Source: Neoconidiobolus thromboides FSU 785
Taxonomy: Eukaryota; Fungi; Entomophthoromycota
Direction of reading: 5' to 3'
DNA length: 64,000 nucleotides
NCBI GenBank assembly: GCA_025603075.1
Contig: MU626261.1
Coordinates: 62,001-126,000, forward strand
The first letter of the stretch is position 1, and each line of letters begins with the position of its first letter. Below the pieces are notes generated by a model. The model was not told the DNA's origin. It did no database searches and saw only the letters and a program-made list of their open reading frames with translations. Below are positions 1-12,124 of this stretch, piece by piece. The translations under genes were made by a program, and so were the position numbers.

Positions 1-1961
1 CTCGTGTGCGTTTACCTTACTCGGGGTATTACTTTGACCACCGTTAACTGAAGGAGGGTCATGGCCTGTTTCATCATCACTTAAGGTAAGATCAATTATT
101 GTGTCGGCTGGATTATTTTCAGGAGCCGGGAATTCTCCAGGTAGAACCAGGCTATTAGTTTGGTTGTTTTCAATATCACGTCCACTACATGAAGGGTCAG
201 ATGACGATAACAAGTCTACTTCTTCAATGTAAGCTTTTTTTTCAACAGTAATCTCTTCTAGTAGGGCCTTTGAAGATGTCCTTTTTTCTTCCGATTTCTT
301 ATCTGTTTTTAAAGACCAAGCACCGCTAGGCTCCAAGAAAACGCTTTCAGCATCTTCCGGAGTGTTTTGCAATATCTCCATGAAAAAATTGTCTCTAATG
401 AAATCTTCCCAGGGATTTATATATTTTTGGCAAACTGGACATTCCCATGTTTCCATCTGTTCATTCATTTCTAGGAAGTTATAGGCATCAAAGCACTGGG
501 CATGCACACAATTTTTGGAACGGAATGGTTCTTTGATTCTATTAAACAAAAGCTTTTATCTATTAAATTGATTTCTAAGTTATTTGGTATTCTTAATTAC
601 CGGACATCTAAGTGAGAGTTCGACCGTTACTTCAATGTCATCTTCTTTTTTATTAAACACTTTAGCAATTAGTAATAGCTATATAAATTTTATTATCACC
701 TTACATTGTTGGAAAACCTTTTCTTTACTCATTGATTTTTTTTCTACTATGTTTTTGATAATTGAATCGATGTTAATATTTTTTACCAAAAACGGTACCA
801 TTACCAAAGACTACTATTGTTAGACTATTTTCTATAATATTAAATGGAAAAACCTCAGACAAATTCATGTAAATTAACTCAACATGGTTTCCGAATCCAG
901 ATACCAATTTAAGGTATGGATTTAAATCTGGAGCCCGTACAGAATCTGCTTTGTTTTTTTTACCTCTAATATTCTATAAAGGTCAAAGTAATTATGAGAC
1001 TTGTTAATTAAATATTACTGAAGCAATCTTGGTTCCATTTACATAAAGCTCAGATACATGAGGATACTTTAGGCTGACTTTTGTACAATTGGATGTTTGT
1101 GTCATAGGGGAGAAATCAGAAACTTGAGCACATAAAAGCTTTATCCCAGGTTTGTAATTATCTCCAGGAGTTCTATAATCGGAATAAACAATATATTTCT
1201 TGAACTTATAGATACTTACGATAAAAATTTGATTATCTCATCATTAAGCTTGATTTGAAAAACGACAGAATGTCTATCACTATTACCTTTAAAAGTAAAT
1301 CCATTAGTACTTGAATCTCATTTTTAGCTAATTACTTACTAGGACAAAATGTATGAGGATCAATTGGATTTATTAAAGAATAAAATACAGTATTTTTAAA
1401 TGAATTAAGCTGCGAAGGGCTTAGTCTAAAAACTAAAAGAAAATTAGCTATTAACAATATACTCAGCTATATCTTACCATTAATTGGGCTTGGTTTAGAT
1501 GTAATTTTCATCGAAGGGTTTAAATAGCTTTGATATTGTGGTCTTATGGGTTGTTGAGCTCCATTGTTTACGCTTGGTAGAGTATTGTGTTGGTAATTGA
1601 TAGGAGGATTCCTATTTTAAAATAATTATTAAATACTAAAAAACAATTCTAAACTTACACATTAGGACCTTGATCTTTAATTATTTTCCTTAATTCCATA
1701 ACACTGGCGTGAGGTTCGGTCTCTACGAAGCTTCTATAGTACTCAAGAATCCTTTCTACAAGCTCTTTTTTTAATCCCGTTGAAAGAAAACTTGTACTAT
1801 AATTCGAATTTATTTCCCTTATCACATTTTTTAAATTAACAACTAAGTACACCGGTATAGTTCTTTCCATTTCCTATATCAAAGATGAATATTGACTCTT
1901 GTTTTTAGACTATATTTACTTTTATCAGCTGTATTTTCTGGAATTTGGTTAATCTAGTCAT
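1..1961 (-). CDS. SIZ1: SIZ/PIAS-family SUMO E3 ligase (SAP + PINIT + SP-RING/MIZ), multi-exon, 3' end beyond the window start
   Basis: Hand-spliced through 8 canonical GT-AG introns (e.g. 553-600, 1874-1919). SAP-like segment VVNLKNVIRE...STGLKKELVERI; PINIT-like YPHVSELYVNG / NIRGKKNK; SP-RING LSLRCP|LLFNRIKEPFRSKNCVHAQCFDA...WECPVC. ATG at 1961 is the best candidate start. Confidence 0.88.
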
Positions 1962-2080
1962 CTCGTTCCTTTTTCAATTGAATTTTATAACAAAACAATT
2001 CAAAAGATTTTAATCCTTAGTTAATAAATTTAATTTTTGTTTAAATCATAAGACAAATGAAAATAGATAAATTGATATAA

Positions 2081-2329
2081 GTATATTTATGCTGGAGTTT
2101 TTTATAAGGTTTCAAAATTGAATAAAAATACAGCTATAACAAATTAAAAAAATTCGATGTAAATATTTATTATGTCAGTAGCTTTATGTTGAAGAGCAAT
2201 TTATAGAAATTGTTTGTTTCACAGATTAAATGTTGCTAAACAAACATTTGCACCGAATTTTTTTTATTTGTTATAGTTGTATTTTTATTCGATTTTGAAA
2301 CCTTGTAAAAAACTCTAGTATAAATACAC
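2081..2329. repeat. Fold-back element: 88-bp inverted arms (2081-2168 / 2242-2329) around a 73-bp spacer
   Basis: Manual alignment of arm 1 with the reverse complement of arm 2 gives 10 mismatches in 88 bp, 9 of them transitions. Confidence 0.85.
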
Positions 2330-3317
2330 CTTACTTATAAGGATGTAAAATATGCAGTATTTAATCAATACTCAAAACAAATTACAATGTCCATTTTAGT
2401 CAAATTATAAAATATGAAAATAGGTAAATAAAATTGTCCAAAAACTCTTTTCTAAGCGTTCCCTTGGACCAGTCTATTCAAGGCCTTTTTATTTACATTA
2501 TCAATTTTTATTTTGACTAATAAATTACTAGGGCTAATTCACAAGAATTTTAAAACGACAATTACAAGTTACATTTAGTTAACGTTGCGGGAGCATTAGA
2601 TCTAAACTAGAATGACTGCTGCAGTACTTTTTTATTTTGAAGTTTAATATTGATCTTTTAAATTCTCATAATTAAAATATACCTCTCAGGTGCAGTAGCT
2701 ATTCTTGTTTTGATAAAAGATAGCATATATTTTTAAACTTGATTTTGTTTATTATATTAATGATATAAGTATAAAAAAAGCAGCATAATATAAGTTTGAT
2801 TAATTTTTGAATTATATTAGTTACAATTGTTCAAAGTTTGTTATATTAGCAATAAAATCAATAATTTATAATTACACTGAATTAAGTGGAACTAAATTGG
2901 ATTTTTTTATGAATGTTAGATGATTTACACACAAGCGATCAAAGTAATCATAACAAAATACGATAATAATAAACTATACAGATACAATAATCAGTAATTA
3001 TATAAGTGATTATATTAGAAAACAAGACCCTAAAAATACTTAAAAAATCAAAGAAGAGTATATCATATAGATTATATAGATCTATAAGTTTGGCTCAACG
3101 TCTTTATTGAAAAATTCATGTTTACTTGGGAAAAGTATATATAAAAATGTTTCATTAAGGACAAATTCCATTTGAATTATAATCAAACTCACAATATACA
3201 TTTTAACAAAATGAAATCAGTGATTAAATAAACAATGTTTTTAGGTTGACTGTAATGTCAAAAAAATCTTATACTAAATTGTTTTAATTTTGGGACATTG
3301 TATAAAAAAACTAACCC

Positions 3318-3570
3318 CTTTTTGAGAAATGTCCAAAGCTCTAACTGTTGGCAACTGTAAACAAAAAACTGAGTAAAAAATTAGGAATTGTAGTATTTGG
3401 GAGTGTTTTTTTTGGCTTCATTACTTTTTCCATCTTTTAAGCGCTATTTGAGTGGAAAAATTATTAGTAAAATTCTTAAATACAAAAATATATCCCCATT
3501 TTATTTAGTTTTAAATGTTTTTTGCTTATAATTGTTAAACCACCAGAGTTTTGAGCATTTCTCAAAAAAG
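3318..3570. repeat. Old imperfect inverted repeat (~3318-3369 / ~3519-3570) with a MITE in its centre
   Basis: CTTTTTGAGAAATG...CAAAAAAC on the left matches the reverse complement on the right at roughly 70% by eye. Confidence 0.55.
3399..3497 (+). mobile_element. MITE family A copy
   Basis: GGGAGTG...ATATCCCC termini; ATTT duplicated on both flanks. Confidence 0.85.
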
Positions 3571-3659
3571 TGTAAGTTTATTAAGATAGCCTAATCATAT
3601 GCTTAATAAGATCTGGTTTATTCGCAAAGAATGAGGAAAGTGATCACAGCTACTGCAAC

Positions 3660-3745
3660 TCTCTTACAACTTCATTAACCATTCATTTAAAAATAAAAGT
3701 TAGCCAAAATCAAGCTATAATATAGAAATCAGGCTTCAAAAAACC
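3660..3745 (+). repeat. Dispersed repeat family D (diverged copies also at ~6505-6600 and ~16060-16155)
   Basis: Shared core TGCAACTCT...AATAAAGTTAGCCAAAATYAAG...AAATCAGGCTT at three loci. Confidence 0.55.
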
Positions 3746-3757
3746 AATCAAACAAAT

Positions 3758-3854
3758 GGAAGTGTTTTTTTTGACTTCATTATTTTTCCATTTTTAAGCA
3801 CTATTTAAGCGGAAAAATTGTTAGTAAAATTCTTAAACACAGAAATACATCCTC
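3758..3854 (+). mobile_element. MITE family A copy
   Basis: Family consensus body; AAAT duplicated on both flanks. Confidence 0.85.
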
Positions 3855-4178
3855 AAATAATCATCTCAAAAAACTAGCACTGATTAAATTGCAATAAAAC
3901 CGCAGCAGCTATATATAAAAATAAAATCAAAGAGGCAAGCACACAAAGCAACGGTAGTTGAATAGATTATATACTGTTAGATTTTTGATGGTGTTAATTA
4001 CTTAAAAATAATGATTTAAAATTAAACTAACAGTTTTAGACTAAATTCAAACAATTTTTCTGTTAATAAAAACAAACAAATAATATTAGCAGTTGTATAA
4101 CGCTATTTAAAATCAAGTAAAATCCATAAGAAAAAAATGATATTGATTTTTTTATTTTTTTTCTATTTAATAAAAGTA

Positions 4179-5922
4179 ATGCTAGACCCTTATGCAAGAT
4201 ACCCTCAGCCAACTTTGTTTGTACCAAACTGGCGCCAAAGACTTGATAAATGGATGGTAAATGAAGGTTTGACAGTAATATTTTTCGTGTTGTGGATTAT
4301 TTCCCAAATTGTGATGTTTATCGTTGGATTCATAAAATTTTATTATGACGAAAGGTTTACTGTAGCAAGAGGTTTATTAGGAATTACATTACCAATAGCT
4401 CGTGCTAGCGCAATCAATTTACATGTAGATACTGGAATCATAATGCTACCTATGTGCCGAAATTTAATATCTTTAATGCGGATTACCCCTTTAGGGAGAG
4501 TAATTCCATTTGATCAAAACGTCGAATTTCATAAAACTTGTGGATGGACGATCCTATTCTTTTCTTTATTACATACATTCGCTCATTATGTAAACTTTTA
4601 CCAATTGTCTGTTAAAATTGAAAATGGACCATCTTGGGCCTTTTACTCTTTCGTTACTGGACCTGGATGGACTGGTCATCTTATGTTGATCGCATTGATA
4701 TTAATAGTAGTGACCGCATTAAACAAAGTAAGGATGAAGCATTTTGAAGTGTTTTGGTATACACATCATCTATTTGCTGTTTACTTCTTTGGTTTTTCGA
4801 TTCATGGGGTCTATTGTTTAGTGAAACCAGATGGTCCACCTTTTTGTAGAGATGGAGGTTCGTTTTATAAGTACTGGCTTTTATCTGGAATTTTATATTT
4901 GATTGAGCGTATTTTAAGAGAGTTACGTGGATTTCAACATACTGTGGTATCCAAAGTTGTATTGCACCCTAGTAATGTAGTAGAAATTCAAATGAAAAAA
5001 GAAGGAATAAAAACACAAGCTGGCCAATGGATATTTCTATGCTGCCCCGCAGTATCATTACATCAATGGCATCCTTTCACGCTAACATCTGCTCCAGAAG
5101 AAGATTATATATCAGTACATGTTCGTGTAGTAGGTAATTTTACTACTGCTTTGGCTAAATCTTTAGGTTGTGATTTGGGTGATGGCGACACGGCTAATAG
5201 TTCCATATCCACTGTTTTGCCTAGAGTTATGGTGGATGGGCCATTTGGCTCTGCCTCTGAAGATGTGTTCAAATATGAAGTAGCCGTTTTAGTCGGTGCT
5301 GGTATTGGTGTAACTCCTTTTGCTTCAATTTTGAAATCTATATGGTAATAGCTTTAATAAGTAATCAATCAAATATTTACTCTGAATTTAGGTATCGTGT
5401 TAATTATCCTCAAAGTAAAACTAGGCTGTCAAAAGTGTATTTTATATGGATTTGTAGAGATAAAGAAGTAATTCATTATATGATTTCATTTAAAAATAAA
5501 TATTTATATAGTAGGCATTTGAATGGTTTCAGGATTTATTGAAGGCTATAGAGGAAGAAGATATTCAGCAGTTTATAGAAATTCACACTTACTTGACCGG
5601 TAGATTGAAGGCTGATGAAGCAGCAAATATTATACTTAATGATCAAGAGGGTCATCAAGATGCAGTAACTGGATTACGTTCCCCAACTCATTATGGACGT
5701 CCCAATTTGGATCAAATTTTTACTGGACTTTGCCATATTCATCCAGCCACCGATATTGGTGTCTTTTTCTGCGGACCCAGGATTTTGTCTACTCAATTGA
5801 ACAATGCTGCCAACAAATACAATCAGCCAGATGAAAATGGCACTAAGTTTTATTTTGGAAAAGGTAAGTTAAGATTATTAGTTGTATTCATTTACTAATT
5901 TGTTTTTTTAGAAAACTTTTAA
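4179..5922 (+). CDS. NADPH oxidase catalytic subunit, gp91phox/fungal NoxB-like (~533 aa)
   Basis: Exons 4179-5344, 5392-5467, 5515-5863, 5912-5922 join in frame (1602 nt). Motifs: WMVNEG N-terminus, heme-ligating His in TM helices, FAD-binding HPFTLTS, VDGPFG, GAGIGVTPF, FFCGP and terminal GKENF. The start codon is uncertain; an upstream exon is possible. Confidence 0.93.
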
Positions 5923-7406
5923 ATATTTGCATTTTATTATATATATAATACATTAAATAACAAGTTGATTATTTAATTTTATTTTCGCATTTAAAGTCAT
6001 ATTATTTTATTGTACTATATTTTAATATTTTTAATATATTAATTTAAATAAAAAAATCATAATCACAATAGATTTAATGATTCTATTAAATATTGGAAAA
6101 TTTGAACTTATGGACATTAAATCTATAGCCATATGTTTTATTGATTACGATTATACCAAAATATTTTACAATAGTTTTAATATGTTTCCTCTTCGTATAA
6201 TTTACAGCTGAATTTACAGCCTTAAAGAAGATATTTACAAAATCCATTATTATATTTTCACGTTTTTAGCTGATTTATTTATAGTATAATGAATATAAGT
6301 ATGTTAATAATTTGTTGGTACTGATAAATTAAAATATCGAATGTTTATTTATTTATTTGGTGGCATATGGCTAATAGCCCATTAACACAGTTAACAAAAG
6401 CATATTTAAGTTTGGTAATACCAATTGTATATAATAAATACAAAATGGCTTTGTTAAATATAGACTTTTTATTGAAATTATATAGACAATTCGTATATAA
6501 AGTTTACAATTGTTGCAGCTCTAATATGGTATATATAACAGTTTATTTTTGAATAAATTTAGCCAAAATCTAGATAATTTATAAAATTAGACTTCAAAAG
6601 AATTAAATGAACAAAGAATTGGCTCTAAAAAGTTAGTAGTTAATTCGCAATAGTGTTAAAACAATTACACCTGTATATTTTTTCACAAAATTTAGTCAAA
6701 ACAAAAGCGTAAATAAAACTTACTACTTCTAAGAGTTACCATCATATTTAGTAAGCAAATGTCCATATTTTGTATAATATTAAATAGTTCATGGCAATTT
6801 CTTATCAAGTATCTATACAACGTGCTACTAGATTTCATGTTTGAACTGATTAATAAAGTAGTCAGCTTTGTTCTGACAAAAATTATATTTATAATATAAA
6901 TAAATCCGATTATAGCTTTTTAAACTAATTTTGATTTTGAAAGCTTACTATTATTAACTTTTTTAAACCATAGCTTTTGACTATATTTATCATTTTTTAT
7001 TAAACCATTTTGGAAGTAACCTTTTTTGCTTTAATATTTTGACCATTTTAAGTAGCTTAAAATTTAAATTTTGTGAGTTAGATTATCAAAATACATATTA
7101 ATTTTGTTTAAATGAGTTCTTACTAACTCTTATTTAAAATTTTAATTGTAATCTTCATTTTTGTTTCATTTAATGGCGAAGTTTTATATAAAAATTAATG
7201 AAAGCTCAATCATACCATTATTTAAAGGATAATGTAAGCTATATAGTTCTAAAAAGTCTAGGAAATAGCAAATACAATATCACTAAGGGATTTTGTGGAA
7301 ATAAGTGGAAAGCTATTATTCACTTTGAAAATAGAAAAAGCTAAATTATAATTTCGTATCATCTGTTTAATTGTAAAGTTAATTCTGTTAGAAAAGTATA
7401 ACATAT

Positions 7407-7505
7407 GAGAAGGTTTTTTTTTTGGCTTCATTACTTTTTCCATCTTGAGTGCTATTTGAGTAGAAAAATTGTTAGTAAAGCCCTTAAGCAAAAAAATACA
7501 CCACC
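7407..7505 (+). mobile_element. MITE family A copy (diverged)
   Basis: Consensus body; ATAT on both flanks. Confidence 0.75.
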
Positions 7506-8932
7506 ATATTATAACATAGATAGCTTGTTTATTGTAATGTATAATAAGCCTTATGGTTTATAACGTTTAAAGTTACTAAAATATAAATAATTTCAATTAT
7601 TATTAAATCAAAAGTGAGCGAAAGCTATTAAAGATTATTGAACTACATCACATAACCCAAATAGTATTGATTCTATCTAGAGCTATTTAAGATTTTTCTA
7701 GTATAAATTTATTAATTAGTAAAAATTTACATTATCCAGAAAACTTGAACTTACTGAAAGTATAGCTTGTTCTATATTTAAACAATGTGTGGAAAAATTA
7801 TTTAAAGCTTCATATGGTTGAGAAGAATATTTACAAGCACGGTAAGTTAAATGTTTCAACAAACTTATACTAAAATGATAAGCAATAAGCTAGTGGTTTA
7901 AATTTTGAGGGATTTTTTTGAATATCATTATTTCAGGATATAGATTAATGTCATCATAGCTTCAAATGAATTAAATTGACAATATAATAGTCTTAAACTC
8001 AAAGACTCAAGTGCGAAAAGACTTTAAAAGATGTTAAAAGTAATTTTTTAAAGAAATAGGAAAGTAGATATTAGCCTATTGTTTAAAATCATGAAACTTG
8101 ATACTGTAATATTATATAAGGCCTCAACTTTTGATAATCCAAATCCAAATTAGAAATATACGAGTTTCAATTAAACCACAAAATCAAAAGAGTAGGAACA
8201 TAAAAAGCATGACAGCAATTTTACTTCATATTTCAAAAAATTAGTAAATTAGAGTAGAAACCGCTATTATTCTTAAAATTAACAATATAATTAGAAATTT
8301 TGTCTTTAGATAATGTGAAGGTATGATTTGAAAGCTAAATTAATGGATTTCATTAAATCATATCGCTACATATATGTTATGTGTTATAACGAAGGTTCCT
8401 TTATATAGAATATATAAATTACTTTTATTTAAAATAACTTTCATTTCGCTACTTTTATATCTACAACTTAAATTCACAAAATTGAACAAACCGGTTTAAG
8501 AACAAGTTTTGTTCATTGAAAATTTTTATCTTAGCTTTATATTATTGTGAAAGTTTAAAATTTTATGATACATGATAACGATTTGTAATACCCTTTTACA
8601 TAAGTTCTGTTTAAATATTTGGCAATTTAAAGTACTGAAAAATACTACAATGTAATCTACAAAATGATCCTATTCCTATAACTATACTTTTTATGATGTT
8701 GATAATCATTCAATAAATTCAATAAGGTGACGTATATGAAAAAGATAAAGAACCAGTAATTTCAAATATAATGTTAAAGTACATCAAAAATAAACCGGAA
8801 TTTTAAGTAATATGATTTTACCAAGTCATTTGTTTTATATTTACTTCCAAATCAGGGGTAAAAATTTAATTTTATCCTGTCTACTTTGTTCCTAATTAAT
8901 CCCTAAAAATTTTGTCAATTCTCGGACACCTG

Positions 8933-8940
8933 TATATAAA
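8933..8940 (+). promoter_or_regulatory. TATA box candidate for the HSF-domain gene
   Basis: TATATAAA about 63 bp upstream of the ATG at 9003; weak evidence in AT-rich DNA. Confidence 0.4.
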
Positions 8941-9002
8941 TAGCTGAGTGGAGCTTTAAATTAATTAGAGATATATCACTTTTAGACCTTAGACTTTTTT
9001 CA

Positions 9003-9674
9003 ATGAAACAGAAGATTTCTCCTTTTATTTTAACTCTTCATAGGTAAGTTTAAAATTTTAATTATTTAATGAATGTTGTTATTAACGATGTTATTAATAG
9101 ACTTTTGAGCGAGCAAAGTTACCCAGATATATTAAATTGGGATGGCCAAGGTGAAACATTCACAGTAAATAGCACCTCAGCTTTTGGACAAACGATACTT
9201 CCCAAGCATTTTCGAAATAATAGTACTGGTTCCTTTTTTCGACAACTTAATCTTTATGGTTTTACTCGAGTTAATGATGGAAAGAGCCCAAACCCTGATG
9301 GGAATATTGACTCTTGGTGCCAATTTAAGAATCCTCATTTTAAAGTTAACTCGGAGGACACATTGAGTAAAATCAAAAGATTGAGATATCCTAAAGGAAG
9401 ATCCAAGTCCAAAAAGAAACAACCAAAACAAGAAGCAGTACAAGATAGTGTATTTAGCTGTAATTCTTCACCTTCTATATTACACGTGTCTCCTAGCAAT
9501 GATTATGAGCCTCTTTGCTACCTTTATAATTATGATTACAGCATTCCATTTCCATTAATTAATACGATTCCTTACAATAGCAACAGTTTAAATTTCTACA
9601 GTGTAGATTATATCCCTAATGATATTATCCCAACGGATACTTTTTCTTTCGATACTTATTTCAGTTCTTTTTAA
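9003..9674 (+). CDS. Short HSF-type DNA-binding-domain protein (204 aa)
   Basis: Exon 9003-9043, intron 9044-9100, exon 9101-9674 give MKQKISPFILTLHRLL...ILNWDGQGETFTV...ILPKHFRNNSTGSFFRQLNLYGFTRV...QFKNPHF, the HSF winged-helix signature. Confidence 0.85.
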
Positions 9675-9911
9675 GCATTTTTTTCTAGATTACTTAGTAT
9701 AATCACTTTTGTTTATTTCTTAATTTTCCCTGGTTGGAAATTAATATCAATAATGAATTTTAATTATTATAATAAAGCTACATGTTTTTAAATTTATTTT
9801 AAAAAATAAAAATTATGAAAATTATAAAAATACTATGCTTTTCATATATATATTTCTTTTTTTGAGCATACTCAAGTGGTAAAAGTATAGAATTGCTACA
9901 TAAAAAAATTA

Positions 9912-10002
9912 GGGGATATATTTTTTTAAGAATTTTACTAACAAATTTTCCGCTTAAATAATGCTTAAAAAATGGAAAAAGTGGAAACCAAAAAACACAC
10001 CC
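9912..10002 (-). mobile_element. MITE family A copy (reverse orientation)
   Basis: Reverse complement of the consensus body; exact end ambiguous by 1 bp. Confidence 0.75.
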
Positions 10003-10889
10003 AATTACTAAAATATATTAGGTAAAAATTTATATACTATTACAGCCACTAACTTATTTCTCTAGTAAGAAAGCAATAAAGATGAAAAAATCTAATAAAT
10101 CTAACAATGGGCTCACCAACCTTGTAATATAAACTATAATAGTATCATTTCTCGCTAGTGTTAATACTCCATAATGACTATTCGTGAATTGTATTTTAAA
10201 ATAAGCGTATACTCGTTCTAGAAAATCCCTGAGTTATTGTAGATAAAAAACATTTATTACTTCAATTATTTCAATTTTTCATTTCAAAGTTTGATAACGG
10301 AGTTATTGGTATTCTTTTATTTAAAAAAATTCTACCTAAAATGGTCAGAGCATTCTTTTTCTATAAAAAGCATAAACACATAGTAAAGACTTATTGAATG
10401 AGATAGCGGAAAGCAAGCAATTTTAAGAATAAATAACTGAATAGATAGGTAGTATAGGCAAATACTTCACATTATTTTTAAAGATAAGCTTTTTGAAATC
10501 TCAAACTTGTATATTAAAGCAAATAGTATATTAGAAAATAATCAAATAAAAACCAAATTAAAAGGTCTTATAGCGACTATGGGGGAAAACAATAAACAAT
10601 AAAAGATAAATACTTTTTGATGATACATCATTCACTCTCATGGTATAATAAAAGAAACTGAATTAAATTCTACTTTACATTATCACTACTTTTTCATTAA
10701 GGTTGATACAGGTTAATACAGGTTAATACAGGATTTTATTATACAGTGATATTTATGGTATAAATTCCAAAATTGGTAAAGCTCAGTTCGTTTTACTGTA
10801 TTTTTTACAACTATGTCATTAATTCAATAAAGTTAAATGTCTCAATGTTAAATTAAAACTATAATATAATAATGTAGTTTTGATTTATA

Positions 10890-10974
10890 CTGTTTATGTT
10901 TAAATTTTTATTAACAATCTTTCCACTCAAATAGCGCTTAAAAAATGGAAAAGATGGAAATCAAAAACATCCTC
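10890..10974 (-). mobile_element. MITE family A copy, one end degenerate
   Basis: TTTCCACTCAAATAGCGCTTAAAAAATGGAAAA...ACATCCTC followed by ATAT. Confidence 0.65.
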
Positions 10975-11054
10975 ATATGATAAAAGATAAAAGTCTATAT
11001 TTTGGAATTATCTAATTATGATTACAAAAAAAATATATTTTAGCTAATAAATAT

Positions 11055-11146
11055 GGGGATGTTTTTTTCATTACTTTTTCCATTTTTTAAGTACTATTTG
11101 AGTGGAAAATTTATTAGTAAAATTCTTAAACACAAAACACATTCTC
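11055..11146 (+). mobile_element. MITE family A copy
   Basis: GGGGATG start and consensus body; lies 6 bp from the left end of the large palindrome. Confidence 0.8.
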
Positions 11147-11673
11147 ATGTTCAAATTGGTTTTTCATTTTCTATCCAATTAAAGATTCTATATTTTAAAA
11201 AGTTTATTTAAATTCTGTAAAAATAAATTCTTTTTAAAAACTAAAATTACTCATCACAGTTTTAAATTATTTTATTATAATTTATATTATAAGTTAGCAG
11301 AGCTTCTACCAAACTTAGTAAAAATTAACATATTAGCAAGGTTTTTACTAATATAACTTATATATTGATATTAATTAAAGTTGTAGTATATAAATAAATA
11401 AATATTTATAAAAATTCATTAAAAAATATTGATTATTAACTGTTTTATAATCAACATTGTAGATTTACTATTAAATAAACAAATTATTTTTATATTATAA
11501 TTACATTATTAATATATCACTGAATTAATAAATAACTGTATAAGGGGAAGTGGCTAGCTTTAAAACTATAGTTGACTATTTTATAATATAAATAATATAA
11601 TAGTAATTTTTATTTATTATTATAACTTCTTACTTTTTAGCTATTTATTAATTTAGCTATTAATTGTGGAATC

Positions 11674-12124
11674 TAGTACTCAGTGGTTAGAATCAAAATC
11701 AATTTCTGAAGGACATTGCCTCCCCGTTTTGATATACATATTTGTTGGAGTATAAAAGAGACTCTTCAAGATAATAACTCGAGACTTTTTAATTGGATTA
11801 TTCCCTAATGTTGTACCTTTAATAAAGCCATCAAATCTTTTTGATAATATTTTACGTAGATTTACAGTAGTTTTATCTATTATATTTGTCTTATATAGTC
11901 CGTAGTATATTATATGGGGATGTTTTTTTGTCTTCATTACTTTTTCCATTTTTAAGCGTTATTTGAGTGGAAAGATTGTTAGCAAAATTCTTAAACGAAA
12001 AAATACATCCCCATATGCTATTCTTCATAATTCAAGTCTATCTTAGTTATGTAAACTAAGACTTTTTGACTTATGGCTAGTTAATCAAGTAAGAATTAAT
12101 TTTGATCCCAATCATTGAGTACTA
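11674..12124. mobile_element. Repeat family B element (~350 bp, ~35-bp imperfect TIRs TAGTACTCAGTGG...) carrying a nested family A MITE
   Basis: Imperfect TIRs at both ends; homologous copies at ~39235-39681, ~52300-52625 (reverse) and ~53105-53288. Confidence 0.65.
11916..12012 (+). mobile_element. MITE family A copy nested in element B
   Basis: ATAT on both flanks; paralogous empty site at 52409-52412. Confidence 0.9.

Noticed and set aside
7258-7491. ORF-track ORFs starting MEKVMK (also 11680-11949)
   Set aside because: The start codons lie inside MITE A, whose minus strand contains ATGGAAAAAGTAATGAA; these are read-outs from the repeat, not genes.
10703-10735. Short tandem repeat (ACAGGTTAAT)x3; also (TAAAT)n near 53860 and TTTAAAAATC repeats near 15950
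   Set aside because: Ordinary slippage repeats; no unique spacers, so not CRISPR-like.
11680-11911. Family B internal frame read as an integrase or reverse-transcriptase relic (NLRKILSKRFDGFIKG...)
   Set aside because: Only vague resemblance; no DDE or YXDD motif, and the 52.4-kb copy is frameshifted. A profile search would be needed.
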